DNA of 64,000 nucleotides from Blastocatellia bacterium (lineage in GTDB: Bacteria > Acidobacteriota > Blastocatellia > UBA7656): the NCBI GenBank assembly GCA_035248905.1, contig DATFGX010000007.1, positions 4,700 to 68,699 on the forward strand. Reading direction: 5' to 3'. The position numbers were made by a program, and so were the translations under genes. Positions 52,832 through 62,383 of the stretch are shown here, one piece after another. The notes under the pieces are model-generated. The model saw nothing but the letters and a program-made list of their open reading frames with translations, was not told where the DNA came from and did not search any database. How positions within the stretch are numbered: the first letter of the stretch is position 1; each line of letters opens with the position of its first letter.

Positions 52832-55800
52832 TCATCTGTACTCGCCTTGCAGCACGAAGGCGCTCCAGTAATAGGGCATGCGCCAGCGCGCCGACCGCTG
52901 CATAGATAATTGCGCCGCTCGGAGTGCGGCTGCCGGACTCAGCCGTTTCTTGCCCAGCATCGCCTGATAAAAACGCGCCATCAATGCCGCTGTCGATTCG
53001 TCATTGACGTCCCATAAACTGACCAGCACGCGTGGCGCGCCCGCATACATGAAAGCGCGCGTCAGGCTGAGAATGCCTTCGCCCTTTAACTCCTTGCCGA
53101 GACCTGTCCGGCAACCACTCAGGACAATCAGGTCTGCGGGGAAGTTCAAATTATAAATCTCGTTGGCCGAAAGGAAGCCGTCGTCATCTTCGCCTTGTGC
53201 ATTGACCAGGGAAAGGACGATGCCCGACAGTTCGGGGTGCGTGTTGTTCAGCAGGCCATGGGTGGCGAAATGGAGATAGCGATATTGGCTCATCTCAGGG
53301 GCCATCGCCGTCGCCCGATTGGCGGCAAAATCCGTCGCCGTTTTATTTTCTCCGGGAGCCGTGAGCGCGGTGATCGCGTCGGCCTCCTGCCTGGTGAAAC
53401 GCAGACGCGGGAAGCGCAATTGTTGATCGGGCGAGCTGAGATCCATTACCGCGCGCGTTAATTCGCCCGCCTGTGTCTCGGCAACCGGTCGCGGCTCGTC
53501 TTTGCTCAGAGATTTGCAGTCGGGCTGGCGATCACAGCGGGTGGTTTTCACTCGCTCATCATTCTTCTCAAAGACCGGGTCGGCCAGCACCGCAATCGTC
53601 TTCGGCGCAGGCTTGCGCCCGGCAACCTCTTTTCGCAACACCGCCAGTGTCGAGGCGGAAGGTAAGCTGATGACTTCGTGCGTTGCGATCAACGGAACGT
53701 CAACCGGCGGCTTGCTTCCCGGTGCCGTAGCGACAGGCAGCGGCAGCGCAGCAAATGGCAGATACTGCAACGCCCCGTCGCCGACGAGCAATAATCGCTT
53801 TTGCCGCATGCGGGCGGCGACGGGGCCGAGGAGTATACGGCTCAACTGGCGTGCCGCCTGCGCATATTCCGCGTCCGCTCTGGCAATCCGCGCCGCGCGC
53901 TCCTGGCGCTCCTCGAACTTCACGGATTGATTACGTGAGGTCATCAAGTCATAGACATGCCGCGCCAGCGATTCAATCTGTTTGCGCGGCGGCAGTTCGA
54001 AGCCGGCGACCGCCGATGCAGTGACCGCCCACAGGTAACTTCGCTCTTTGCCGAGGGCGTATTCCAGCAACAGCGTATCGGGATCAAGAACAGTGGTTTG
54101 AATCTCTCGCAAGCGCAAGGGTGCCGGTTGCGTCAACGAAGCATACCGCGGGCTGGAGGCGCGAATCTCGGTCAGCACCTGTTCGTATTCGGCGGTGATC
54201 GCATCCACTTCCTTCGCCGCCGCCGCCGCTTGCTCCAGCGTATGCTTGCTGCCGAGAAGCGCCAGCTGGCTTTCAGCCTGGCGGTTGAGTCTGGCGCGCA
54301 GCGCGCGCTCGCGCGCCAGCAGTTCGGGTGCAACGCCTTGCCGAATATTTGCGCAGGCCTCTTCCAGGCTGTCCAGCAATGTGCGAGCGCGCCGCCGCTC
54401 GCTGACCTGGAGCGCTTTGGCCAGGTTCTCCGGGTCGTGATCGCGCCGGTAGGCTTGCATCAAGAGGTCAATCTCAAGCTCATAAAAGTCCTGCTTGGAA
54501 GCGAAGAAAGCGCCGCGCAGGTCGGCGCTTGAAACCTTTGCGCGCGTCGATTCGATTATGGTGATGGCGGCTTCGATCCGCGCACGGGCTTCATCGACGC
54601 GGCCCTGAGCCTGATCGACCCGCGCGGCAGCATAGAGCAGACTCGCCTCGAGAAAGCGGCTCTTGATGTCGCGGCTGATTGCGAGTCCCTGATTAAAGTA
54701 CGCCAGCGCCTTTGGCAATTCGCCCGACTGGCGATAAAGCTCTCCGGCATTCTGAAGCGTCAGCGCTTCCCCGTGACGGTCGCCGAGCGCGCGGCGCAGC
54801 CGCAGCGATTGCTCGAAGTAATCGAGCGCCTTCTGCCGCTCGCCCATTCTCGCATAGACGTTGCCGAGGTTGGCCAGTGACGCGCCTTCACCGTAGAGGT
54901 CTGCGACCGCCCGCCTGATCGACAAAGATTTCTGCTGATACTCGAGCGCCTGCGGATTATCGCCAAGCTCATAATAATTCCGCCCAATCGAGTCAAGGAT
55001 GATAGCCTCACCTGCCCGGTCACCAAGCTGGCGTATCAGACGGAGCGCCTGCTGCGTGTATTCGAGCGACTGCAACGGTTCGCCCAACTCCCGGTAGATG
55101 CTGCCGATGTTGGAGAGCGTGATGGCCTCGCCGCGACGATCCCCCGCCGCGCGCCTGAGCGGCAAGGCTTGCTTACTGTAATTCAAGCTCTCCTGAATCT
55201 CGCCCAGATAAAAATGAGCGGCAGCGAGATTCGAGAGCGATCTGGCCTGGGCCTCAATGTCTCCGAGCGCCTGTCGCAAGCGCAGCGCCTCCTGAAGGGA
55301 CTCAAGCGCTGCCTGGAACTGGCCCAGGTTGATATAGGCTTGCCCCAGATTGGTGAGGACGTAGGCTTCGCCAATTTGATCACCGATCAAGCGCCGCAGT
55401 GCAACCGCCTTTTTATAACAGGCGACGGCCTCCACAGCTTTGCCGAGACCTGCATAAACCGAGCCCAGGTTATAAAGCGTCGCCGCCTCGTCTCCCTGAT
55501 GATCACCGACGGCTCGCCAAACCGGCAGCGCCTGCTCATACCACTCAAGCGCTTTCTGTCGCTCGTCCAATTTCCCATAAACGAATCCCAGGTCGTGGAG
55601 CGTGGCGGCTTCGCCGACTCGATCCTTGAGGGCGCGCCAGAGCGGCAGTACCTCGGCGTATTTTTCGGCAGCTTGATGCCAAGCTTGATTACCGTCCTGA
55701 TTGCGGAACTCGACGGCTTGCCAATACAACTGATGCGCCTTCACATAAGTTTGCTCGACGGCAGTCGCCGTTGCGAATTCCCCGACCTTCTGAAGTTTAA

Positions 55801-56329
55801 TGATGTACCGCCCATTTGACCGTTTGCTAGGGACGCTGACCGTTAAGCGATAGTCCCCGGTCGCTTCGGCAAGCGCCCAGAGTGATTCGACAGCGCCCGC
55901 TCCTGCCCAGTCTATCCCGGCGATGGCCTTCCCCTCAGGATCGAACAGATGTACGCTGGCGTCGATCATTATCTGCTCGACCCTGACGTTCAGATACTGA
56001 CCGGCGGTTAAACTGACACGATACGAGTGTGACTGCCCGCCAGGGATGGCTTGCTCAACGGATTGTCCTGGGTCGAGAGTTCTGATCTCTGGCAGCGGCG
56101 TCTTCTCTGCGCCGCCCTTCTCCGTAACCGCCTGGGCAGTCATTTGCGGCGCGGGCCGGCGATGATTTGCGGCGGCTGAGACCGTGCTCGTCGGGCCGTA
56201 CGTCAGGAATGCTGCAATCAGAGTTGCGAACGCTATCGAAGGCAAGGCACTCAAATAATCAAGCGCGCGTCGAGAGCGCCGCGGGCTACCCTTCACGAGC
56301 CGTGTGAATAGGAAGGTAGGTTGGCGCAA
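52832..56329 (-). CDS. CHAT-domain (caspase-like) protein with signal peptide, PPC-like N-domain and a long TPR array
   Basis: C-terminal CHAT core HFATHGLLNNTHPELSGIVLSL...LIVLSGCRTGLGKELKGEGILSLTRAFMYAGAPRVLVSLWDVND (His/Cys dyad). About 12 TPR units with recurring LG...AL.YY.QAL motifs. Confidence 0.85.
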   Translation of the reverse strand: MRQPTFLFTRLVKGSPRRSRRALDYLSALPSIAFATLIAAFLTYGPTSTVSAAANHRRPAPQMTAQAVTEKGGAEKTPLPEIRTLDPGQSVEQAIPGGQSHSYRVSLTAGQYLNVRVEQIMIDASVHLFDPEGKAIAGIDWAGAGAVESLWALAEATGDYRLTVSVPSKRSNGRYIIKLQKVGEFATATAVEQTYVKAHQLYWQAVEFRNQDGNQAWHQAAEKYAEVLPLWRALKDRVGEAATLHDLGFVYGKLDERQKALEWYEQALPVWRAVGDHQGDEAATLYNLGSVYAGLGKAVEAVACYKKAVALRRLIGDQIGEAYVLTNLGQAYINLGQFQAALESLQEALRLRQALGDIEAQARSLSNLAAAHFYLGEIQESLNYSKQALPLRRAAGDRRGEAITLSNIGSIYRELGEPLQSLEYTQQALRLIRQLGDRAGEAIILDSIGRNYYELGDNPQALEYQQKSLSIRRAVADLYGEGASLANLGNVYARMGERQKALDYFEQSLRLRRALGDRHGEALTLQNAGELYRQSGELPKALAYFNQGLAISRDIKSRFLEASLLYAAARVDQAQGRVDEARARIEAAITIIESTRAKVSSADLRGAFFASKQDFYELEIDLLMQAYRRDHDPENLAKALQVSERRRARTLLDSLEEACANIRQGVAPELLARERALRARLNRQAESQLALLGSKHTLEQAAAAAKEVDAITAEYEQVLTEIRASSPRYASLTQPAPLRLREIQTTVLDPDTLLLEYALGKERSYLWAVTASAVAGFELPPRKQIESLARHVYDLMTSRNQSVKFEERQERAARIARADAEYAQAARQLSRILLGPVAARMRQKRLLLVGDGALQYLPFAALPLPVATAPGSKPPVDVPLIATHEVISLPSASTLAVLRKEVAGRKPAPKTIAVLADPVFEKNDERVKTTRCDRQPDCKSLSKDEPRPVAETQAGELTRAVMDLSSPDQQLRFPRLRFTRQEADAITALTAPGENKTATDFAANRATAMAPEMSQYRYLHFATHGLLNNTHPELSGIVLSLVNAQGEDDDGFLSANEIYNLNFPADLIVLSGCRTGLGKELKGEGILSLTRAFMYAGAPRVLVSLWDVNDESTAALMARFYQAMLGKKRLSPAAALRAAQLSMQRSARWRMPYYWSAFVLQGEYR

Positions 56330-56505
56330 CCGAAGAACATTCTCCTTATCTGATTATTTCCGGCCCGAAATTGGTGCTGCACACCGGCGGCTCTGCCGCA
56401 GTGATTCTAAACAACTGGGAAACGGCGCGTAAAGAATTATTTCTCGTGAGAGTCAATCGGCGAAAAGGTCAAAAGAGCCGTTAAGTCGTAACCTCTGCAA
56501 TCTCG

Positions 56506-56546
56506 AAAAAAAGGCGCGGCAGGTGACCTTGATCACCTGCCGCGCC
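56506..56546 (-). terminator. Strong rho-independent terminator for the giant LTD/HYR gene (GGCGCGGCAGGTGA-tcaa-GGTCACCTGCCGCGCC + T7)
   Basis: Perfect 14-16 bp stem followed by TTTTTTT on the minus strand, ~35 nt after the stop at 56582. Confidence 0.8.
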
Positions 56547-56581
56547 TGTTGTCGGTTATGAACGACGCCTGCCGCTGTCCG

Positions 56582-59500
56582 CTATGGTGACGCCGTCACG
56601 GGGCACTGACAGGAGTTGTTGGTGATGTTCTGATCGGTGATTGTGCAGACCGTCTTCGTGCCGATTTGCACGGTCGCTGAACCCCGCTTCGCTGCGATGT
56701 CCACAGTCATCTGCAAACGCCGATTGCTCTTCGTGTGACTGATCGAGACGACGCAGCCGCGCACGAGGGCTGTTCCGGTGCCGGTGGCGATCACCTCGCC
56801 ATTGCAACAGAACTGATACTGACCGGTCTGCGCGTTGAACAGGCAGACGTTGCCTGCGTTCGTCTGGTCCTGCAAACAGCCTGACCAGACGCTCACCGCG
56901 AACGAGCAGTTCGCCGTGTTGCCACCGGCATCGGTCGCCGTGCAACTCACGGTCGTCGTGCCGAGCGCGAAGACCGAACCCGACGGCGGTGAGCAAGCTA
57001 CTGTGACACCTGGGCAGTTGTCTGTCGCTGCCGGGGGCGTGTAGTTGTAGACCAGGCTGTTGTTCAGCGGGCAACTGATCGGCGCGACCAGGTTGACGGC
57101 AGCCGGGCACTGGGTGAAGGCGGGCGGCTGCGTGTCCTTGACCTGCACGGCGAAGCTGCACGTCGCGTTGGGCGACACCCCGTTGCTCGCCGAACAACTG
57201 ACCGTCGTGGTGCCGACGGGGAAGACGCTGCCCGACGCCGGCGTGCAATTCACGGTCGGGGTCGGCGCGCCGGTCGCCGTCACATTAAAGTTGACCACGG
57301 CCTGGCACTGGTCGGTGGTCGCGTTGACAATTATGGGACTCGCCGGGCAGTTGATCGTCGGCGGGACGCCGACACTGACCGTCACCTGAGCGAACGAGTC
57401 CGGGCACGGCGGATTGGAGATCGTCCAGCGCAAGATGATCGGCCCGGCTCCGCCCGTGTGCGTGAAGGTGGCGTTGGGCGTCATCGCATTGGGGTTGAAG
57501 TTGCCCGTGCCGCCACTCTGCACTGTCCAGGTTCCCATGCCTGAGGTTGGCATGTTGCCGCCGAGTGGGGCGGTCGTGCCGTTCGGGACGATGTTCTGTG
57601 ACCCGCCCACTGTCGCCGTTGTCGGCGGCGGCGTCGCGGTGACCGTCGTCGCTGCCGAAGGAGCACTGCTGCACCCATTCGTCGTCACGACCACTGTGTA
57701 GCTCCCACTGGCGGTAGCGTTGTAGGTATTGCCCGTCGCGCCACCAATCGAGTTGTTGTTCAGATACCACTGGTTGCCTGTGGCGCTGCTTGAGGTGAGC
57801 GTGACGCTGCCGCCCTGGCAGAAGGTTGTCTTGCCGCCGGCGTTGATTGTCGGCGTCGCCGGCGTCGGGGTTACCGTGATGGTGATGTTGCGCCCGAACT
57901 GGCTGTGGCAGCCGAGCGCATTGAGCTGCGCCGTGTAGACGCCGCCTGCTGTCAACGCGGTTGCTGTCACCGTGTAGCTCTGCTGGCCGGCGCCGGGGAT
58001 GGGCGAGCCATCCTTCCACCACTGAATGCCGGTGGCGCTGTCGGAATCAAGAATGACACTAGTGCCCTGGCAGATCGTGATTGAGGTCGTGGTCGAGCTC
58101 TGGCCGCGAATAGTGATGAACGGCGAGTGCGGCGTCGGGTTCTGCACCACGTAAGTCGCCGAGTGCGGTGTGGTGCAGGTGCCGTTGGTGGCGGTGACCG
58201 AGATGTTGCCGACGCCGGTCATGACCAGTGTCGACGTCGTCTCGTTCGGGATCACCGCGTTGTCGCTGTACCACGTGTACGAAGTCGCGCCGGTGGCGCC
58301 GTTCGCGTGCAGCGTGAGCGGCTGCTCGGGACAGGCTTGATCTTGCGTGCCTGTGCCGTTCGTATCGCCCGTGATGGTCGGCGTCGGCGGCATCGCGTCA
58401 ACCGTGATGGTGACGTTGCGTCCGAACTGGCTGTGGCAGCCGAGCGCATTGAGCTGCGCCGTGTAGATGCCGGCCTGTGTGGCTGTGTAGCTCTGACTGT
58501 TGGCGCCGGGGATGGGCGCGCCGTCCTTCCACCACTGGATGCCGGTGGCGCTGTCAGAATCGATGATCTGGCTGCTGCCCTGGCAGATGGCGAGCGTGGT
58601 GACGCTCGAATCCTGGCCACGGAAGCTAATGAACGGCGAGTGCGGCGTCGGGTTCTGAACGACGTAACCCGCCGACTGCGAACTTGTGCCGCAGGCGTTC
58701 GTCGCGGTGACGTAGTAGGTAGCGGCGCCGGTCGCTTGATAGGTTGAGTTGGTCTCGCCGGGGAGCAAGTCGATGTCCTTGTACCACTGGTAGGAGGTCG
58801 CGCCGGTGGCGCCATTGGCATGCAGGGTCAGTGGCACCTCGGGGCATGCCTGATCCTGTGTGCCTGTGCCGTTGGTGTCGGCGCTGATTGTCGGCGTCGT
58901 CGGTGCCGGCGTTGCTGTAACATTGACGGTGAACGTCGCTGTGTTGGTCGCCATTTCGCTGTCGGTAACCTGCAACGTGACGTTGTACGCGTTTGTGCTG
59001 AGCGAGCAGTCGGCGGAGACGTCCGCCGTGATCGTGCCTGTGGTGTTGGTAATGTTCCCGATGGTGATGCCGCTCGGAACGCTGGTCGCCGTCACGGTGA
59101 GCGAGCCGGCGGAATCCTGTCCTCCGTCGCTGACCGTGGCAATGGTTGTGCCGGTCGCGGACGAGCCGGCGTTCAGCGATAGCGAACCGCCGGTAATCAT
59201 CGGCGGCGTGTTTTCGGTCGTGCCGGTGAAGCAGAGCGGGCCGAGTGACACGGGCGGCTCGCTCTCCGGCATCAGGCAGAAGTTAAAGTTTCCTTTGACC
59301 TGCACGCCGACGGTGAATTGCAGGTTGATGGTCGAGCCGGCGGTGAGCGGCGTCGACAGCGTAACGCTCGGCAGGGTGAGCGTGCCATTGAAGCCGCCGC
59401 CTGCGGCTTGCGTCGGCGGTGTTTCCAGCGTCGTGCCGTCGACGTTCGCCGTGCCGCCGCCGCTCAACGACACGACCGTCGCACTGGCGGTCAGCACGCG

Positions 59501-62383
59501 CAGGTCGGCTGCCGGCCCGCTGGGCGGATTCGTGGTCAGGTCAACGACACGGAAGCGCAGGCGCGGCAGGTCGAGACCTGTGTTGTTGGTGAACGTGCGG
59601 CGGAATGTGAGCGTGCCGAACGCGCCATTGGTAACGACAGTGTTGTCGCGCACGCGGTTCGGCGCAGAGCCTGAGCCGACGCCTGTGTCCAGCAGCGCGG
59701 TCGCCATTGTAGCGGTGCCGGGGGCATTGATCGGGCTGCCGAGATTCTCCGGCCCGGCAGCGCCGAGGCGCGGCGTGCTGCCGAGCGTTTCGCCGACGAC
59801 AGAATTGGCGAAGATAAAATCGTTTTCGTTGGCGCCTGTGTCTTTCGGCGTGCCGCTTGAGAGGTCGCGGAAGAAGGTCATCTGCCCGGTTGGTGTCGCT
59901 GCCGTGATGGCCGGGATGCCATTGCCTTCTTTGAAGAGACCGGCGGCAATCGAAGAGAAGCCGACCGAGTCGAGGCGCGTGCCGGCAGCCATGTTGGCCT
60001 GGGTCGCGGTGTTGAACAGGGCGATGCCGCCGTTGTCTGCGAGGTCGAGCGACCAGCCGAAGTCACTATCCGCACCGCGCACTTGTGTGCTCGGATAACC
60101 ATTGAGGCTATAGGTCAGCGCAGAGGTGCCGCCGGCGGTGTTGTCGGGGTTGTCTGTGACGAGGAAGTGACCGTGCGGCTTGATGACCGTGCCGTTCGGG
60201 ATGACGGCGAAGATTTGCGAGAACGTCGTGCCGTTGGTGCTGTAGACCAGCGCAAAGCCGTCGGAATTATCGGTCGTCTGAACGATGAACGGCACGTTGC
60301 TCGGATTATAGAGTTCGACGAACTCGTCGCGCACGCCCTGTGGCCCGCGCAAACGGAACTCGCTGATGATCAGCGAGCCGCTCGGCGAAGGCATCGTCCC
60401 GCCCGGATTAATCAGCGCCCACCAGGTCTCCCAAGGCCCTGCGTAGCTGGGCGCCAGGAAGTCGTTGCGATTCGTGCCGGCGTATTCCTGCACCGTCCAG
60501 AAATCTATGTCATTGAGCGGATCGGTTTGCGCCATGCTGTAGTCGCCCCAGCGGTCGTTGCGCGCGGTGCCGGAACCTGAGCCGATGTTGTAGTTGGACT
60601 GGCCTGGCCGGAAGACGACGATATCGCGCGTCGTGTTCGGCGAGTCAGCGGCACGCCGGATCGCGTAGGCGGCGCTCGGATAAGTCAATGGCGAAAACTG
60701 ACTGAAGCCGATCAGCACGTCTTCGTTCTGATTGACCGAGATGTTCGGGAACGCCAGGAAGGTGCCGAACTGAGCAGAGGTCGTGCCATTACAGGGAGCC
60801 ACTGCCGAATTCCCACCGAGGCCGTTGTGACAGTTGTTGGCCGTCGGGTCGTGGATGCGCCCGCGCTGGAGCGGCGGCGTTGATGCCGCGGTTTCGTTGG
60901 TCGGATCGATCTGCCACCACTGAATGGCGGTGTGGTTATCAACGGGATTGCCGCTGCCGCCAATCGTCGTGCCTGCGGGTTGCGAAGCGGCGGCGACCAT
61001 CACGTGGTGGACAGTCCAGAGCTTGCCGTTGCGCAACACGGAGTTCTGGATGCGCGAATCATTGCCCGCAATGCGCGAGCCGGACGGCAGATTGGCCGAC
61101 TGCTGACGCTGCGGGATGTAACCGCCACTGCACGTCCCGCCGCAATTGTTGGCGGTGCCGATGCGCGCGGCGTCGAAGCGCCATGACTCGCTCGACTGCG
61201 GGAACTGCGTGCCGACGGTGAGCACAGGGGCCGATGGTGTGCCGGTGATTTTGGTCAGGCGGAGCTGGCCCGCCGTCGAGTCCCAGTCCTCGACGAGATA
61301 TTCGGTGTCCGTCGTGTTGTCTTCGGTGATGGCGGGGGCCATCGTAAAGCCGCAGCCGAGGGCGCCATCGAAGGGCGAGACGCAGTTTGTGAATGGGTCT
61401 GCGAAGAGGTTGATGGTCGAGAGCGTGTTGCTGTAGGCGGCCTGCTTGTCGAGCACGTAAATCTGCTGGCCCCAGTAACTCGCATTCGAGCAGGTCGTGG
61501 TGTTGCAGGTGTAATGGAAGACGTTCTCGTCGATGACGATCCAGTTCTTATTATGGCCGAGCGATGGGTAGTCAATCCAGTTGCCGCTGCCACCCGGCGC
61601 GCCGGTCGAAGCCGGGTCGGCGACGACCGACCAGCGATACCAGGTGCCGGTCGGGTCGGCGGTCGCCGAGACGGCGAACATCGCGCCGGAGTTGACCGAG
61701 GTGCCGTTGCCGGACGAGATCAGGATGAAGCGGTTATTAAAGCGGTCGAACAAAACCTTGGTGTCGAAGGCCGCAATCGCCTGACCTTTGATCGTAACGC
61801 CATTCCAGAAGCTGCTGATGGTCATTCGTGAGATTTCGACGCCATCGCGGTTTTGAATCCGCATGCGGTCGTTCGAGACCGTGACGATGTGGGTGGTGCC
61901 GACCGCGCCCATCGTGTCGGGTGGAATGGTCGTGCCGTTCAGGAACTCTGCCTTAAACGTCCTGGTCGGGCCGGGCGAGATGCCGGTTCCGAAAGACGGC
62001 GGCGCGTTGGGTTGCAGGGGAGTCTTGCCGTTGATCGGCACACCATGCCTGACGTCGGGCCGGTCTTTCGGCGGGTCAATCGATTTGATCTCGCTTGATG
62101 CCGGCTCTGGGTTCAACGCCTCATGCCGCGCAACGTCCCGGAAACTGAGCGGCGGGAAAGGCTTGACCTCCTGCTGGGTCGGCTTATAGCTCTTTGCCGT
62201 TGATTGGGCGACCGGGTCGCCGGTGGCGCGCGTGCTTTGCAGCAGGCCGCCGCCCAGGCCGAGGAAGACGACCAGGGCGATCAAGGCGAAACGCAGAAGC
62301 GATGCGCTGCTGCGTGCTGCCGGCTGTGAGGATGATCCATTGGCGGAATGATTGCCGTGCGAGTCGGGTATGGGTCTTCTCAT
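56582..62383 (-). CDS. Giant (1933 aa) secreted surface protein: signal-anchor, ~600 aa N-terminal domain of unknown function, lamin-tail domain (LTD), multiple Ig-like/PKD-like domains, HYR domains and the conserved Cys-rich C-terminal domain
   Basis: LTD signature LIISEFRLRGPQGVRDEFVELYNPSNVPF. Repeated ~90 aa Ig-like units (ATGATSYQWYKD..., CQGSSQII...). HYR units (PTINCPASPIIVNATTDQCQAVVNFNVTATG..., TQPPAFTQCPAAVNLVAP...). Start overlaps the FG-GAP gene stop by 4 nt. Confidence 0.8.
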   Translation of the reverse strand: MRRPIPDSHGNHSANGSSSQPAARSSASLLRFALIALVVFLGLGGGLLQSTRATGDPVAQSTAKSYKPTQQEVKPFPPLSFRDVARHEALNPEPASSEIKSIDPPKDRPDVRHGVPINGKTPLQPNAPPSFGTGISPGPTRTFKAEFLNGTTIPPDTMGAVGTTHIVTVSNDRMRIQNRDGVEISRMTISSFWNGVTIKGQAIAAFDTKVLFDRFNNRFILISSGNGTSVNSGAMFAVSATADPTGTWYRWSVVADPASTGAPGGSGNWIDYPSLGHNKNWIVIDENVFHYTCNTTTCSNASYWGQQIYVLDKQAAYSNTLSTINLFADPFTNCVSPFDGALGCGFTMAPAITEDNTTDTEYLVEDWDSTAGQLRLTKITGTPSAPVLTVGTQFPQSSESWRFDAARIGTANNCGGTCSGGYIPQRQQSANLPSGSRIAGNDSRIQNSVLRNGKLWTVHHVMVAAASQPAGTTIGGSGNPVDNHTAIQWWQIDPTNETAASTPPLQRGRIHDPTANNCHNGLGGNSAVAPCNGTTSAQFGTFLAFPNISVNQNEDVLIGFSQFSPLTYPSAAYAIRRAADSPNTTRDIVVFRPGQSNYNIGSGSGTARNDRWGDYSMAQTDPLNDIDFWTVQEYAGTNRNDFLAPSYAGPWETWWALINPGGTMPSPSGSLIISEFRLRGPQGVRDEFVELYNPSNVPFIVQTTDNSDGFALVYSTNGTTFSQIFAVIPNGTVIKPHGHFLVTDNPDNTAGGTSALTYSLNGYPSTQVRGADSDFGWSLDLADNGGIALFNTATQANMAAGTRLDSVGFSSIAAGLFKEGNGIPAITAATPTGQMTFFRDLSSGTPKDTGANENDFIFANSVVGETLGSTPRLGAAGPENLGSPINAPGTATMATALLDTGVGSGSAPNRVRDNTVVTNGAFGTLTFRRTFTNNTGLDLPRLRFRVVDLTTNPPSGPAADLRVLTASATVVSLSGGGTANVDGTTLETPPTQAAGGGFNGTLTLPSVTLSTPLTAGSTINLQFTVGVQVKGNFNFCLMPESEPPVSLGPLCFTGTTENTPPMITGGSLSLNAGSSATGTTIATVSDGGQDSAGSLTVTATSVPSGITIGNITNTTGTITADVSADCSLSTNAYNVTLQVTDSEMATNTATFTVNVTATPAPTTPTISADTNGTGTQDQACPEVPLTLHANGATGATSYQWYKDIDLLPGETNSTYQATGAATYYVTATNACGTSSQSAGYVVQNPTPHSPFISFRGQDSSVTTLAICQGSSQIIDSDSATGIQWWKDGAPIPGANSQSYTATQAGIYTAQLNALGCHSQFGRNVTITVDAMPPTPTITGDTNGTGTQDQACPEQPLTLHANGATGATSYTWYSDNAVIPNETTSTLVMTGVGNISVTATNGTCTTPHSATYVVQNPTPHSPFITIRGQSSTTTSITICQGTSVILDSDSATGIQWWKDGSPIPGAGQQSYTVTATALTAGGVYTAQLNALGCHSQFGRNITITVTPTPATPTINAGGKTTFCQGGSVTLTSSSATGNQWYLNNNSIGGATGNTYNATASGSYTVVVTTNGCSSAPSAATTVTATPPPTTATVGGSQNIVPNGTTAPLGGNMPTSGMGTWTVQSGGTGNFNPNAMTPNATFTHTGGAGPIILRWTISNPPCPDSFAQVTVSVGVPPTINCPASPIIVNATTDQCQAVVNFNVTATGAPTPTVNCTPASGSVFPVGTTTVSCSASNGVSPNATCSFAVQVKDTQPPAFTQCPAAVNLVAPISCPLNNSLVYNYTPPAATDNCPGVTVACSPPSGSVFALGTTTVSCTATDAGGNTANCSFAVSVWSGCLQDQTNAGNVCLFNAQTGQYQFCCNGEVIATGTGTALVRGCVVSISHTKSNRRLQMTVDIAAKRGSATVQIGTKTVCTITDQNITNNSCQCPVTASP

